Source of the DNA: Thalia democratica
Taxonomy: Eukaryota
NCBI GenBank assembly: GCA_965202585.1
Contig: OZ241834.1
Coordinates: forward strand, 7,378,001-7,442,000
Direction of reading: 5' to 3'
DNA length: 64,000 bases
Below are positions 13,901 to 28,900 of the stretch, in pieces (the first letter of the stretch is position 1; each line of letters begins with the position of its first letter). The notes under the pieces were generated by a model. The model had not been told where the DNA came from, did no database searches, and worked only from the letters and a program-made list of their open reading frames with translations. A program made the translations under genes and the position numbers.

Positions 13901-16900
13901 CAACTCGGTTGCTGTGTGTTTAATTTAGTAACTTTTTAAAACATTTATAACCTCTTTACTTAATTTTTGTTATCTATTAAGTAAATACTAAGTAATCTTT
14001 TCATAGTTAAACTTTGTTTAAAAATTTTTTTCTTTAAAAACTAAAACTTGTCATACTATAGATAAATTTAAAAGAACGTAGTTTCTATTACCTATACCTA
14101 ACGATTTTGAAAACCCATCTGGTTTGTTTTCTTTTTTCGCAATTTGAGACAGAGAGCCGGTAGCACAGTTTAACAACTCATAACTCGGGTACGTCATGTC
14201 ATACAAACTGATCATTTTCATCAGCTCGTGGCAGCAATTTATTTTCTCCCAATTTGTTCTCAGTGATTTTTCTGTGATGCTTGCCAACCCAACAAGCAGG
14301 TTTGAGTATATTCTTTCAATTTTGCTTCTTTCATAACCGTCGAAATTTGAGCTTGAAATCTGAAGTTGGTGAAAATGTATACTTTAAGACGCTTAAGGTA
14401 TTTTTTCATTACTCAATGTTAGTACCTGATTGAAGTAGTCTAAAGTCACGTGGGTGAAATGAATGACTGAATTGTAATCGTGTTCAGATACTGAATGCAT
14501 CAGATCTCCCGAGTAAGTTGAAGTTTCGTTGTAACTAATAAGAGTGTGGAATGATTTTTATTTCAAAAACTAAACAGCACAGCAGAAAAAAACAGCTTTG
14601 TATAAAAAAGTTGAACAAAAAAAAACCTTATTTAAAACTTACAATGGTAGCTTTAGTATACAAAGTAATTGAAATTCTTTTAAATTTAAACTTTATTTTT
14701 ACTTTATAAGAGCACTAATTTAATTAAACAATAAAAACAACTTGATAACTTACAAATAGCTTATTTCCTTGTTTTGAACATGTACATGTTTGGTCATATT
14801 AACATAATAAGAGCAGACACTAGTCCTTATTTCATCAAAGTTATGTATTTCTATTTCAACGAACAAATCTGAGTTTAAAGGTTACTGTATTTTAGTTTCT
14901 TACAATCACTAAACTTCAGAAGTTTGTTTAAAAACAAAAAAAAAATTATAATATAAGCTAAAAACAAGTCTTACTTTAAAACAATAATTCTAGACTAAAC
15001 TATTTATCCAGCTACATGTTCTAAAAAATTTAAAAAGTTACCAACTGTAAGTAATTATACAAAATTACAAGTCCCTTAGATACTTCAAACTTTTGCTTAC
15101 ATTCCAATGTATATATAATACAGCCTCAATTTAGACTTTTGATAAATTCTCGAATATAGACAGCACTTCAAAAGATATCCAATGAAAATTATATCAGATA
15201 CTTTTAAAATGTTTGAATTTATCAAAAAAAATGATAAAAAATTTAAAGTAAACTAAGTGTAAACAGTTTTTTTGATGTATAACTTTTAAACTTGTCCCCT
15301 ACTTTTAAGATCAAAGTATAATCATTTAAAAAAAACTTGTAGCAAGGTTCAATTTAACAACGCTATTTTCTTATTGTTATCATGACTTTAAAAACTTACT
15401 TTTATTGAAAAAGTTTGTCGGAAGAATAAAGTCGTATTCGTTCATGGTGCCGTAATATATTGGATGCTTTTCAGTCTCATTACCGTAGTGGTAACTTATT
15501 TCGTAAAATAAGACATCATCCTAAGAGAAATTAATTTATAATTTTTAGTAAATCAAATTATTCGAATTTAAAAAATACTTGAGGTAATAAAAACTTTTTT
15601 TTTTTTTTTTGAGAAGTTTGCAGATTTGCTATGACAAATATCAACCAATAAAGCAAAAAGGTTTGAAATGATAATTTCATGCACTTATTTGTACCTCCTT
15701 CTTGGAACCTGCAACTTTCCAGTCTCTGCAAAACACTCTGTACATGTTCTGTTCGTCGTACAAACTCAACACCGCGCACCTCCCGTCCACTGGACCGTGA
15801 CCGAAATGAACCAATCGGCTCGCTTTCACTGGCGGTTGATCTTTTTATGAAGTTTTATTGTTGGTATGCCATGTAAATATATACTCTTATGTTTACAAAC
15901 TGTCTTAACTTTTCGAACATATAAATTTATCTAACTATATATAGTTTAATTTTTAAATATATACACAGTGTTAAGCAAGTAGCTAAATAACGAATTTAGC
16001 GTCGGTATAAACAAATAACTATTATACATTAAAAAACAACTTAAGTTTGTTTTTAAAACTTCAGTCTTTAACTTATTGTTAGCTTAAACAGTATTAGTAA
16101 AAAGCTGATTTAATCATAAAATTTTAATTTTGAAGTTGTTCCTCTGACCAAAAGTATTTATTTAGCTTACACAAAGCATATCTAAAAATGTATGTTTGTA
16201 CTACGCGTAGCGTAAAGCTTTTAAAAAGTTTTATACTAATTTATAAAACAATAACTTTTTTCAACTTTTTGCAAATAAAAACATAAAAAGAACTTTTTAA
16301 TATGTATTCTGACTGGATGGAGTACGATCGTCCTTCCTCGAAGTTTTGAGAATCAAAAACAACGAGATCTTCATTCCTTATGATGATTAGCTCGTCATTT
16401 GGAAGTGTGACGTAGTCCGTCTGAATAATACGATATGTATCAAATTTACATTAATCATAATCTAAAAAATGACAAAAAATTTAAAGTTGGAAAAATAAAA
16501 AAACTTATTTTATTTTTGAGTATGACTTTAAGTTATTATCTACAACTGAAATCAATAGAATACATAAATACTTGTGTTTCAACTTGAGTGAAAAGGTCCG
16601 ATTCATAAACATCATCATTGAATAGAAAATCTCCTTCTTCTAAATATTCGGGAAACTCTTCAACAACTGTTTTTAAATTGTAAATAATCAAATTCATCAT
16701 TTCTTTTTAAATATTTGTTTTATAATTTCTCACAACTGGCAGGTATAAAATTTAACTTTAAATTTTTAAATAAAAAAGCATAACAAAATATGTATTTGCA
16801 CAGTTTAATACTGCTTAAAAACAAAATTAACCTCACTAATGTTTTGAGCTTAATGCACTAAAATACACTCATAAACTTTTGAATATTTTTCAATATAAAC

Positions 16901-19900
16901 TTTTAACAATATTTCAACATCAATCTAACATAGCACAAGTTAAATCATTGTAGAAATATACAAACCAGGTCCGGTCCTGAATGCTTGGTCGAAACTGAAG
17001 CGTGTTGATTCGTCGCCGTTTTCAAGAATATTGTTCCATATAGCACTTTCATCTAAATATAAATATGAAACGGTTTAAACATAATTGAAAATAAAAACTA
17101 TTATAAGATTGTTAACATTTGAACACGAGATGCCAAAAAAGGGTTCTCGGTATGAAAATATTGCTAATGTCTTAAAAAAATTTTAACTAAAAAGCATAAT
17201 AAAACGAACAGAAAAGCAAATTTTAGCCAGTTTTCATATCTTGAAAATTTCTTTAAATAAGTAATGTTGTTTCACAATACTTACACAAAAAATTAGATTA
17301 AACTATTTATAAATGAGTGCGAACTAAGTTTTCTATTCATTTCAATACTGAAGTATTAAGTTTAAATACTGTTATGTACTAAAATTACCTAAATTAATAA
17401 ATTGCTGAACATCTTTATGTACTATAGTTTTAAAATTTTTAGTACCACTTTAATTAAGCCAAATTTATTAATTACAAACATCTTACCTAGTAACCTTACC
17501 TAAAGTTAAACTTTAATAAAGCTTCTATTAATTATAAGCAATTAGTAAATTAAACTAACTAGCATCAGGTAGTTCATCCCAGTTGTTTAGAATTTCAATT
17601 TTTCTTATTCCGCTTTGATAATTGCCAGAATCTCCAACAGAGTTCAAAAAGTTTTCGTAACTTGTTGAAGTTTCAGTTGCATTTTCATTCAGTAGAACTG
17701 ATTAAAAAAATATTTTGATTTGTAAGTGCTGTATAAATGTTATATCAAAAACGCAGCACAATTAGTTTTATTTATGCTAACTAAATAAAGTGCCCTGATA
17801 AAGTTGTGTTCAATGAGTTCAAAATTTATTTTTTATTTTTGTAAACACAAACTAACGATTGATTTTACAAACCTGTTGTGTAGTTGTTCATCGACTGATT
17901 TAGTGCTTCAGTGTAGTTGTTCAAATACTTGTATGCTTGCAAGTAGTACAACTTTTCTTCTAAGTCAGAAACTAAAAAATCATACTTCTATGTTTTTATA
18001 CTTGTTTTACGAAACAAAATAGGTTTAAACAGCGCAAATTAAACTACATTCAATTATTTTAAGATGTATAGTTGTAAGATAATTAAAGAATCAAGAAAAA
18101 AATAATTGATACTTAGTCTTTTACAATACTTTTACAAATCTACTTTGTAGATATATTTTTAGTAAAACTTAAATTGATAAAGAATACAAATAAATTTTAA
18201 AATTTTAAGAACTGTGCTATTTGAACATAACTAATAACTTCTATGATGTTTTGTATTTAACATTGTAATTTTTCTTTGAATTCAAACTACGTTTTTAGAC
18301 GCAAAATTCAAATAAATAAAAACAACTTACATAATACTAATACATTAAATTTTTTTATAAGTTGTGTGTTTTTATATCACGCTTATTTGAAACATTACTT
18401 TTTAACAAGATAATAAAATTCTAAAATTTAGAAAGTGTCAAAAATTTTAAGACCAACCAGCAACTTTGGTGGCAAGCTTTTCAATATTTTCCACTGATTT
18501 CGGTGAACAATCATATTCCTCTGAAAAACAAGTTACAACATTATAAAAATGTAAAGTTAAAAGCAGTATAAATGTTTGAATATATACTGAATTGAAAACA
18601 AAATACTTGGCTCTAATATGTCTTCCTGGTTCATTCTTTCTTCCACTTTGCTTACTTTCCAGTTGATCGCCACAACTTCAGGCGTTTCTACAGGAGAAAA
18701 CAGGTTGGAAGACAGGACGAGGTGGCGATCAGAACTCATCGAGTTTGAACATAGTGGACATTCAATGTGGACACTTTGAATGTTTATACGCATTTTGAAG
18801 TATTATTCAAAGCTTAAAACAAAAACAACTTGTTTTTAGACAATCAATTTAACAATTACTCAATACGTAGTATGTTTTAAAATCGCAAACAAGCAAAATG
18901 TAATTTTTTGAAATTAATTAATAAAATCTTGTATATTAACTTTAAAGCATGGTGAACGTGTTTGTCTACTGTCACTTCAAATTCGCTTCCAACTGACTTT
19001 TCTTCGTCATTTTCGTTGAACAACTTAACCTAAATTTTTTTTTTTCTAAATAAAATAAATAAAACTAAACAAACAAAAAACAATAAACAAATTGTGAAAT
19101 AAAATCAAATTTACATAAACTAAAAAGGATAAAAAGTACTGTATGTTTGTTTTAATATCATACTTTTATCGAAAAGTATACTATTGACTATCAAAGGTAT
19201 TTTTTACAGAAAGTATAGGAAGTATCAAAGTTGCATGAGTATAGTAAAAGGTTATGGGCTTAAGTTAGCGAATTTAATGTATGTACCTGTAAAAAATAAG
19301 TTTTGAGATAATTTTACACCGACCAAAAAAAGCTAACAGTTGCAAAATTTGCAACTCAAATATAATTAGAAATACTAGTATCTAAATCTTAACAATATTT
19401 GGTTACAATACTTTCACTAAAAATTACTGGTGAACAAACTTATAACATTACTTAGGTAGTATTTTTTTTCCTAAACGTAACTTAAACTGTGATTCGAAAA
19501 AAGAGAAAAATTTAATATTTTTAATAACTATTAAAACAAAAATTAAATAACAATGAAACTTAAACATAATGATGCGCTCTCACACAAGCAACAAACCTTG
19601 AAAACTTGCAAAACATAAAATTAGAAATGCTGATTTGAATGAGTAAAGAAAACAATTTAATTTTTATAATAAAAATTAAAACTCAAACACAATAATTATT
19701 TCTCACACAAGCAACGAACCTTAAAAAGAAAACTTCCGACCGCGTTGGTCAGCAGCTCGGCGGGAAACCTCAAGACTGGCGAGTCGGCCACGACATTGGC
19801 GGGAAACTTGCGGTGAATTGAAGCATACAATATATCTATAAAGTCATGGTAGTCGTCCTCGTAAAACTCGTCGTTGAAGCATGAAGTCAGCGGGGCCCCA

Positions 19901-22900
19901 ATCGCGTAACATTCCCATAAAAACCTTCAAAAATAAACTATAACTATAGATAAATTCATGTGAATTAAATTTTCTAAACCACACTATAAAGTGATTATTT
20001 TCATTTTAACAGAAAGTTTTACAAATATAATTTTTATGAGATGCTCAAAACCAAAAGTCTGTACTCTTTTTTTTATACATAAAGTTCTAAAACAAACAAA
20101 AAAATCCAGTTTGTAAAGATAAAAGGAATTAATTATAAACAAGAAACTAAAGTGCTTAAAAAAATGTTAAACCTAGGTTTTACTAAGCCATCCGGGTCGT
20201 AGCTGCTCGAAGCGTCTATTATGACGTCATCAAAGCGAGAAACGACTGAAGTAGACCGAGGAGCGAATTGAGGGAAGAAAAGTGACTTGAGTACTTTCAG
20301 TTCTCGCTTGTGACGCAGAGAAGTTGCTATTGGAGAATTTTCCAACTTCACCTGAATGGGGTAACTTAACATTAAGAAAATTATAAGGTTAAATAAAAAC
20401 TGACCAGTTTGGTTAAACTTAGACGAGGAGCAAAAAACTTTAAGCATTGAAATTGTTGAAAAATAGAAGCAAACTTATTTAACACCAACCAATAACTACT
20501 ATTTTACAGCATATATATGCAACAACTCAAAAATTATAAAGTTGACTGGTAGTAACTTATATTAAATTCTGAACACGAAAGTTATCTTAGTATTCTTATT
20601 CAAAAAACTGACAGACATTAGCTTTTGAGAAATTTTCTAATATAACTGTTTTCATTTTTTTATTAATACCCGTTATATAAAACACACCTCGACGTCGAGA
20701 CAGTAGTTTCCTGGTGTGAGGAACAGGGGAGGTATGACGACCACTCTGCCGTCCTGGTAAACACCCACATCGTCGTTGATCACAGCAGAGGGGTGGCTGA
20801 AATCAGCGTTGAGGCACGGGAACTTTTCTTTGTACGCTAAGTGGGGCATTCTGACGATCTTCCAGGAGTAACGGACGTCTGCGGCTTCGTTGCATTCGTA
20901 GTTCTTCAGCTTGGCCTCGATTCGAGTCTCTTGCGCTCTCAGGACCTTTTTTTAAATTTTTTATGATTTTTTTTATAATTTTAATAGTTAATCCCATTTA
21001 TTTAAATGCAGTTTTCAACATTTTTTCAAGTTTATGTCTCTTTTAATATTCTACCTCTAGTTTTTTTTTGTTCTTCTTCTTCTTCTTCTTTAGTTCTTAG
21101 TAATTTAAAAAGAATATAAATGAATCTGAATAAACTTTAACGTATTCTATGAAACTTGATTCCAATCTAGCGGAATTAAAACTTTGGAGTTATTACAACA
21201 GACAAAAAACTTACGAACATTTAAAATTTATAAACAAACAACCATGAAAAGTGTGCTAAAACAAATATTCTAACAGTCAGATGTGAGTCAAACGACACTT
21301 CAACGTTTGGTATCTTGCAAATTTCGTCAACTACATATACATCTAACACGGCAGTTCCTTTGCTCACGGGGTTTGAAACTTCAACTTTGATTTCATAAAG
21401 TCTCAACCTTCGCATTTTGTACAACAATGTTTATCTTGTCAGTTTTTAAGACAAAAAAGTAAGTAACTTTAATCAAGTGTTTGAAACTTACAAAATTAAC
21501 TTAAACTATTTATTGCCTCAGTTTTGTGACGAATAAGCTCTCTTTTTTTTAATTAAAACATTTTTAGATGCAAATAACCAAAGCATTTCTAATTTTTTTA
21601 AGTATTTGCAATCGGTTCAAATATAACTTACTCTTTGAAAACATGTGTGACTTTTGTTTTGTTCAAGTAAGTGACTCCGTCGTTAAATTTCCAGTTTTGA
21701 ACGCTCAGTTCATTTCCAGTGACCAATTCAAGTTCAAACCTGTATTAAACATGCTTACAAAATATTATTGTTAAGCTTATAAATGTAAAATACTTATATC
21801 TTCTAATAAAACATAATATCAATATTAAAAGTAAAACTAGATGTAAACATATTTCGAAAAAAAAAACATCACAACCAAAAAGTTTTAAAAATCGTTTGTT
21901 TTAAAAATAAAAGAAACAAATTAAATTACCATAAGTTATTTTATTCAGTTACAAAAATATCTTACTCGACGGGCTGGTTTATTTTGACCACTTTGGGTCC
22001 GTTTATGTTTACTGAAGTAATTTTTTCGTAAACATCGACTTCTACATACTGAGAGGTGACTTTGCTAACTTCATTAACAACTACCACACTTAGCTTGTAC
22101 CTTAAAAATAATATAAGATTGTCAAAATATATTAGATACTTTAAAAAGTTTTATTCAGTTTATACACATTTACAAAGTTAAATATACTGATTTAGTGTTT
22201 AGTTAAAAAAGAAAAGAAACATATTTGTCAGTAATAACAGTTATTTACAGTTCAGTTTTTTTTTGAATATAAACTATGTTTGAAGATATTTTTTTCAATA
22301 ACACCATTTCCATTATTTTAAAGCGTTAAAAACATTTTGATTTCATTCCATCTGTTATACCTATATTAAAAGTATTCTGCTTATTTTAGAAACTAACTTT
22401 CCGGGAATGAAGAACATGTGATTGTAGGTCGGTCTGTAAGTATTCACATTTGTACTGGTGTTAGACATTTGCCAGGAAAAATGTTTTCCCAGTCCCTTCG
22501 GCTCAGTTTCAGCAACAAACTTGTATTTTTCAAATGTTTTTAAAGGTTGAACTGCCGCTATAAGTTTGACCTCTACAATATAAAAAAGTTTTTTAAATGT
22601 TGTATTGGAAATCAAGATTGAAAATCAAAAGTTTTTTTTGTTTTTCTCAATGTTTTCTATGATAACTCTTTTTCTTACTTTTAATTTCTTCTCGTACATT
22701 TATAATCAAAGTTATGTTCCTCTGGCCCACTGAGTTGTTTAAACTTGCTATGATGCGAACTTTTCCAGTTTCATTGAAAGTTTTAGTGATACTCAAAGCT
22801 GTTATTAATTATTAATTGTTTTTTTTTTTATATTAGTTTGATTATCAGTAAAATATTTAATAACTTTAAAGTTTTTTACAAAATTCTAAAGTATACTTAT

Positions 22901-25900
22901 AAACGTTCTTTTAGTTCTAACTAACGTTATGCTTCCCAAATAAAGAAAAAAAAATTAAAACTAAATAAACAATACTTCAAACTTGTTTAAACTTTTAAAT
23001 TAATCAAAACAGTTTTTTTTTAAATCTTATCTTTAAAAATAGTCTACAATAAGTTAGTAACCGTCAGTCTGAAGAACTTGGTTTCTCAGTATCCACCTGA
23101 TGCCGACCTCCTGATTCGGGTTGTGGTTGGTCAGGTTGAAGGTGACCGGTTTACCTACTATGACGTAATAGTTGAGCCTTGCAGCAGTGACCTGCGGGAG
23201 CGTCTGCGCGATCATGTTCACTTGAGATGAGGAGCGAACTGAAGAGATCAGGTCTTCGTCGAGCTTGTTGAACGCGCTCACTGATACACTGTACCCTCCC
23301 TCGTCTAATTTTTTTGTGTTTTTAAAAAGCTGCGAAAGAGTTAAATTACCAAAAAAATAACAATGTTTAGTGCTTTATAAGTCTACATCAAATTGTAATA
23401 TAAAACTTACTAATAAAACATACACTATGCTCAAAAAAAAATTCTAGAAAAACAATTAAACAAATATCAGCCAATCACAAACGTCGAAATATGTAATGGT
23501 CCAGCAAGCACTGTTGCGTCCACTCTCCAACCTCCTCGTTTGCCACCGGTATGGCCCGCACCCTGGCAACGTCCTCGTGGCCGGTCGGAAGGTGGGTCAC
23601 GGTGAACTGGCACGTCACAAAATCCCCGTTTGTGAGAGCGGAGAGGCGGAGGGGAGCGCACTCGTAGGAGGAGGAGTTGGTGAAGAATGAGAATGAAGTT
23701 TGGAGGAGCTGGCAAGTTGAAACGACCCTGTTAAATTATTTTCATTTAACAGATGATTGAAATAATTTTGTTACAGACGAGCTGATTGTAACGGAATGTG
23801 TTTTTTCAGCTTTCGTCATAATTCTAGCTGATAACTTTTATAAATAAAAAACGAAAACTTTTTATAATAATTTAAAAGTTGTGATACTTGGATAATGAGA
23901 ATGAACTATACAATAGATAAACCTATTTTAAAAGTATGACAGAGTTTAAGACTATTTTTAATAAATTAAATGTTAGCTAGGAAATAACTCAAATTTAATA
24001 TTTGCTAGTTAAATACTTATTTATTAATTTATAAAAAAAGTTATACGTACTTAAAAAATTCTTTTAAATTAGTAGAAAAATTGTAAACGTCTTTTTTTTC
24101 CACACTACTCAAAATAACTTCAAACTTATGTAATTGGCTCACATTCAAACATAGTTTTACGATCATCATTATAACTAATAAACCAAAGTTAAAACTATTT
24201 ACAAAAAAAACTTAGTTATCAAATATTTTTAATTTTTTATGCTCATATTTTACACATGCTTAAATTAAATTGTTTAATTCGAAAAAACCTGGCTTACTTT
24301 TGTTTTTCATGACTGTATAGTTGTTTTAGTTGGATATCTGTGACATTGTTTATAACAAAAATATTGGCGCGATTTACTTCGCCCGATACTTCACTTTCCG
24401 CTGATATTGAATACTGACCTGTTAGTTAATACAATAGTTAAAATTTGTTTTAAAACATAGTTATGTATAATAAAACTGGTGAGTGTTAAAAAATTTTATT
24501 GTAAGTAACAAATTAATTAGCACATAAATATATATAGACTTAGAAAAGAAACTTTTTTTTAATATGTTTCTGTTAGAAACTCTATTAATAAAATAAAAAC
24601 ATTACTATAAAAAATGTTAACCTGGTAGAGTTATTTGTATATTTGCCTCTTGGTTTAAAACACCACCGAGATTTAGTTTTTGTTCATAAAACTGGTTTTC
24701 GTTCGTTATTAGTATTTTGAATGACTCCATAAAATTTTCCAGCCTGATTTTCAGTACATCGTACATTGCAACGTAGTCTAGATTTCACATGTTAGTTTTA
24801 TCAAAATAAACTTGTTAAACAACTATAATGTGTAAAACTATGTGTTTATACTGATAGTTTTTAGCTAGTAATCAATATAACAAAATTGACTGTGTTTAAA
24901 TTTTCTAGCTACCTATTTTTAGTTTTTTTTTTTTAATTAAGTTAGATTTGTATCAAAGCATATTAAAAAGTAATATAATTTAATTTTAAAAATAAATAAG
25001 TTTATTACTTTTTATTTCCTTAGAGCAATTTTTTTATAAAGCTGTTTAAAACATACCAACAAAGTAACTAATAAACTAAATATAGTCTTAAAGAAAACGT
25101 TATTAATTTTGGTTAACATTTTTAAGTTTTTAGTTAAATTTTCTTATAATGATTGATTTTAATGATATATAGTCTGTTGAAGTGTAAGTAGTTTATTATT
25201 TTAAAATATTATTGTTTATACAACTATCGAAGATAAAATACTTCAGCTTCTTGAAAAGTACTTAACTCACAAAACACATTTGTTAAAACAAACTAACATG
25301 GTTTTGACATTGCAATAGAATTATTATTTCGATAAAGAGTCAAATCGTCGTAACTATTTATCCAACTGTCAGTTTTATTTTCAGTTGTTGCGTCATACTC
25401 GTCTCCCTCGTTCCAATTCTCTTCAACAAAACCGTAGTCCAGTGTACTGATAATTATTTTTACGTAAAGTATAAGGGAACTGTTCATAGTTTCTATAAAA
25501 AAACATTTTTGAGTATTTTACGGAAATCTTAAAGATAAAAATATTGTTTAGAATAAAACTAGTTACTGTACTTTTTAATACTTAACTTATGAAAACGTTT
25601 AAATTTGTTTGCTTAAGTTTTAAAATTTACCACTCTAGTGTTATTAAATTCAAGCAAACCTGTTATTTTCTGGCATATACCTTAAAATAGACTCCTGTAA
25701 AAATAAAGATTATGTTTTTTTTTACTGTAATTAAAACTAACTGGTTATATAATATTTTAACCGCAATAAAAAGTAACAAAAAGTAAATTCTTCAGTACTG
25801 ATTTTTACATCTTTAATATAGAAAATAAAATCTTTATTATTTATTTAAGCAGCTTTGAAAATACAAGTGAATAAATACGTACAAGGTGTTTAGTCTAAAA

Positions 25901-28900
25901 CGTTTGTTTACAAAAGTAAAATAAATTTGAACTAACTTAAATTATTTTTACTTAACACTTTTGTTCATTTACAATAAGTTTATAAAAATTTTATTCATCA
26001 ATTTATACTTTAGCTGACACTTTTTAACATAAAATGTTACTTAAAAACCTCTGAAGACCTTTTTAGGAGAAACAGTGTCGGCTAAAATAACAATCGTTGA
26101 ATAATTATTTCATAGTTAAGCTCTTTAGTATTGAGCACTGTAATTCATACAGTTTTCTAACTTATATACAATAAGTTTATAACAAACAAGATATTATGAG
26201 ACATAGAACTTTTTTTTCATAATAAGTTTTCAACGTTTGCTTTACAAAGTAAAAACTAACAACATTTTAGTAGACGTTTGAATGTTAATCATAAGATAAA
26301 ACGCTCTAACATTAAGATTTAAATTAACAATTTGTTTACAAAAACTATTCAAAACACTCACTGTGACGACAACTTGGAGTTCTGTCTGTAGCTGACTGAC
26401 GTCATTTTTAACATTTACCACAATGGTGTAGTTCCCAGGTGTAGAAAATGCGTGTAGAAACTAAAACAAGTTACGAACTGTTATCTATGTATAGAAAAAA
26501 TCTAAACTTTTAAATTATGTAACATTTCTAACTCATATACATATAATGAATAATGAATACCATGTATTTTATTTAAAAAGGTGTTTAAAAGTTGTGGTTT
26601 ATAAAATACTTTTTATAGCTTAGAAAAACTTTCAATTTATTAAACTTTTAATGTTTCTAAAACTTAATGTTATGCCTGTATCTAAAAGTTCATAGAAAAT
26701 ACTTACATAAAATGTCAATTTGAACAGTTTTATATCACAACAAACTATAAATAAATACAATTAATGACAAAAAAATAGTTCAGTAAAACATTATAAATAA
26801 AATACAACAAAACTCTTAATTCGTCTTAAAAACGTAACGAGCTCTAAGGCTTCAAAATTTGACAGCTGAAAACAAAAATAAAAGTCTCACCAACCATCAT
26901 GTCTTCTTTAGTAACTTTTTTAATAATTTTGTCTTCCTTTTTGACGATCCACTCATAAATGACGTATTCAACTGCCCCCTCTTGCATCACGTGATAATAA
27001 TTACTCGTGTTGTCCGCTTTCGCTTGTGTTATGCCCTAAAAATTAACACATATATATGTTTAACAACATAAACAACAATTAATTGAAGAATACTTTTTTA
27101 TTTTAATAATTTAATAATTCTATGTTCTCTAAAACAACTATCTAAATAGTGAAGTTATTTTTCCATGTTAAAAGTTATTAATTTATCTTTAAATGTGTCA
27201 TACCTAAGTACTAACTAATAGATTTAACATCAGTTTTGCTAAATCTTAAACCAAAACTCAAAAGTTTGAAAACCAAAACTTAAATTATATAGTGTTATAA
27301 AAATCTCATAGGAGTCACGACTTACGTCAAGCCACACACTAGTTAATATATTCTGAACACAAATGTATGAAGTAATTTTTTCATTTATCTTTAACTTGTG
27401 AATTCCACGTTGGAAATATTCAGTAATAGTTTTTTGACCATAAAACTCAATGGGACTTTTGTCATCAATTTGTGCTGTAGAAAATACGTAATGTATAATA
27501 CAACTATATACAAAACTTCTTAAAAAACTATATGCAGACGCAAATAAAATATTAAGCCAAACTTCGTTAGGTCTTTGTACAACATTAAATTAGAGTATTT
27601 TGTTTTAGTATACAAATTAAATCTGACTAAAGCAAGCGAGAATATATGAAAACTTATTAATTTTACAGATTTTTTTTGAAAATTTGCACCTTACTTAAAT
27701 AAACAAACTTAAAAATGATTTAATCAGACAACACCTTAAAGTCAGACAGTTTTCAAGGTATCAAAAAAGCAACTGAGCTACGATTAACTTTGTATTTATT
27801 TATAATTTTTAGCAAGTTTTAGTTAATTATTAAATCTCAATACTTACAGAACAAAATTAAAGTTTTTATACTAAAAGCTTTTTAAAATACTGTAAAAAAC
27901 AAAAAACTTTAAATACTTCTCTCTTTGACGAAAAAGATATGAGATAAAAGACTTAAACCAAATCTAAATTAAAAAAGACTAAATATCATTATTACCTTAA
28001 ACTTATCACAAAACTATACATATAAATAAACACTTTTGAAAATTTAAACTGATAAATAGTAGTTAACATTACAGTATGAAACTCTTAATTACTACGTTAT
28101 TTGTTTTACAAAGCAAAGCAAAAAGTTTATAACATCATCAAATAGAAACATTAAAGTTACAAACGTTTTGATTTTAAATAAAATAAAGACAAGTTATACT
28201 TTACTAACTAATAGCATTAAAAAACAATTGATACTTTAATCAAACCACATAATAAAAATGTCTTAAACTAAAAGTCATATGAAACAAATTCATACCTGTG
28301 CACGCTTCTTCAGCGTCGCAGTTGAAATTAATTTCCATTTCTTCACCTTCAACACCGAACGTCGCATGGGAGAAGTGAGAAACCTCACCCGTCGCGTTGA
28401 CAACGGGAATTTCCCAGCTGACGTCACTCTCCGTGCCGAAAATGGCGTAAAACCGGACCACGCAGGGACCCATCCCCCATGTGCACTTTGGCGTGACTTC
28501 GAAGACGGGAGAAGCTGTGTATGACGTCACAATTGAATCGTAGTTGGGGATTTCCAGTTTGTACACAATGCCTCCATATGGAGGACCACCTGTAATATAA
28601 ACATACTAGTAAAGTAAAAAGTTTTTCTTACTTAATGTAAGTTGAAAAATTATAATAAACTTTGGTATTTTTAAAACTACTATGAAATCTATCAACTAAC
28701 TAATATCTATTAAAAACCTAAAATTGTGCAAACTTTTGTAAACTAATTTTACTTTTACAGTTTTCAGCAAACTTTCATAACATAAAATTTCAAAACACAA
28801 ACTCTTGTATAAAACCAGTTTAAACTAATTTTCTAATTAAATATTCTCTAGTACTAATGCACGCTTTAACTCCCACTCAAAAAACTACGCTACTTCATCT

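Noticed and set aside
15101-15200. AG/GT-bounded open segment ISDIIFIGYLLKCC... in intron 30
   Set aside because: Phase 1 to 2 would break the chain; exon 30 joins exon 31 directly with REJ-like sequence.
23467-23715. ORF MPAPPNF... as the coding frame
   Set aside because: Wrong frame. The phase-2 frame (KVVSTCQ...DHYIFR) fits both neighbouring exons and completes a PKD motif.
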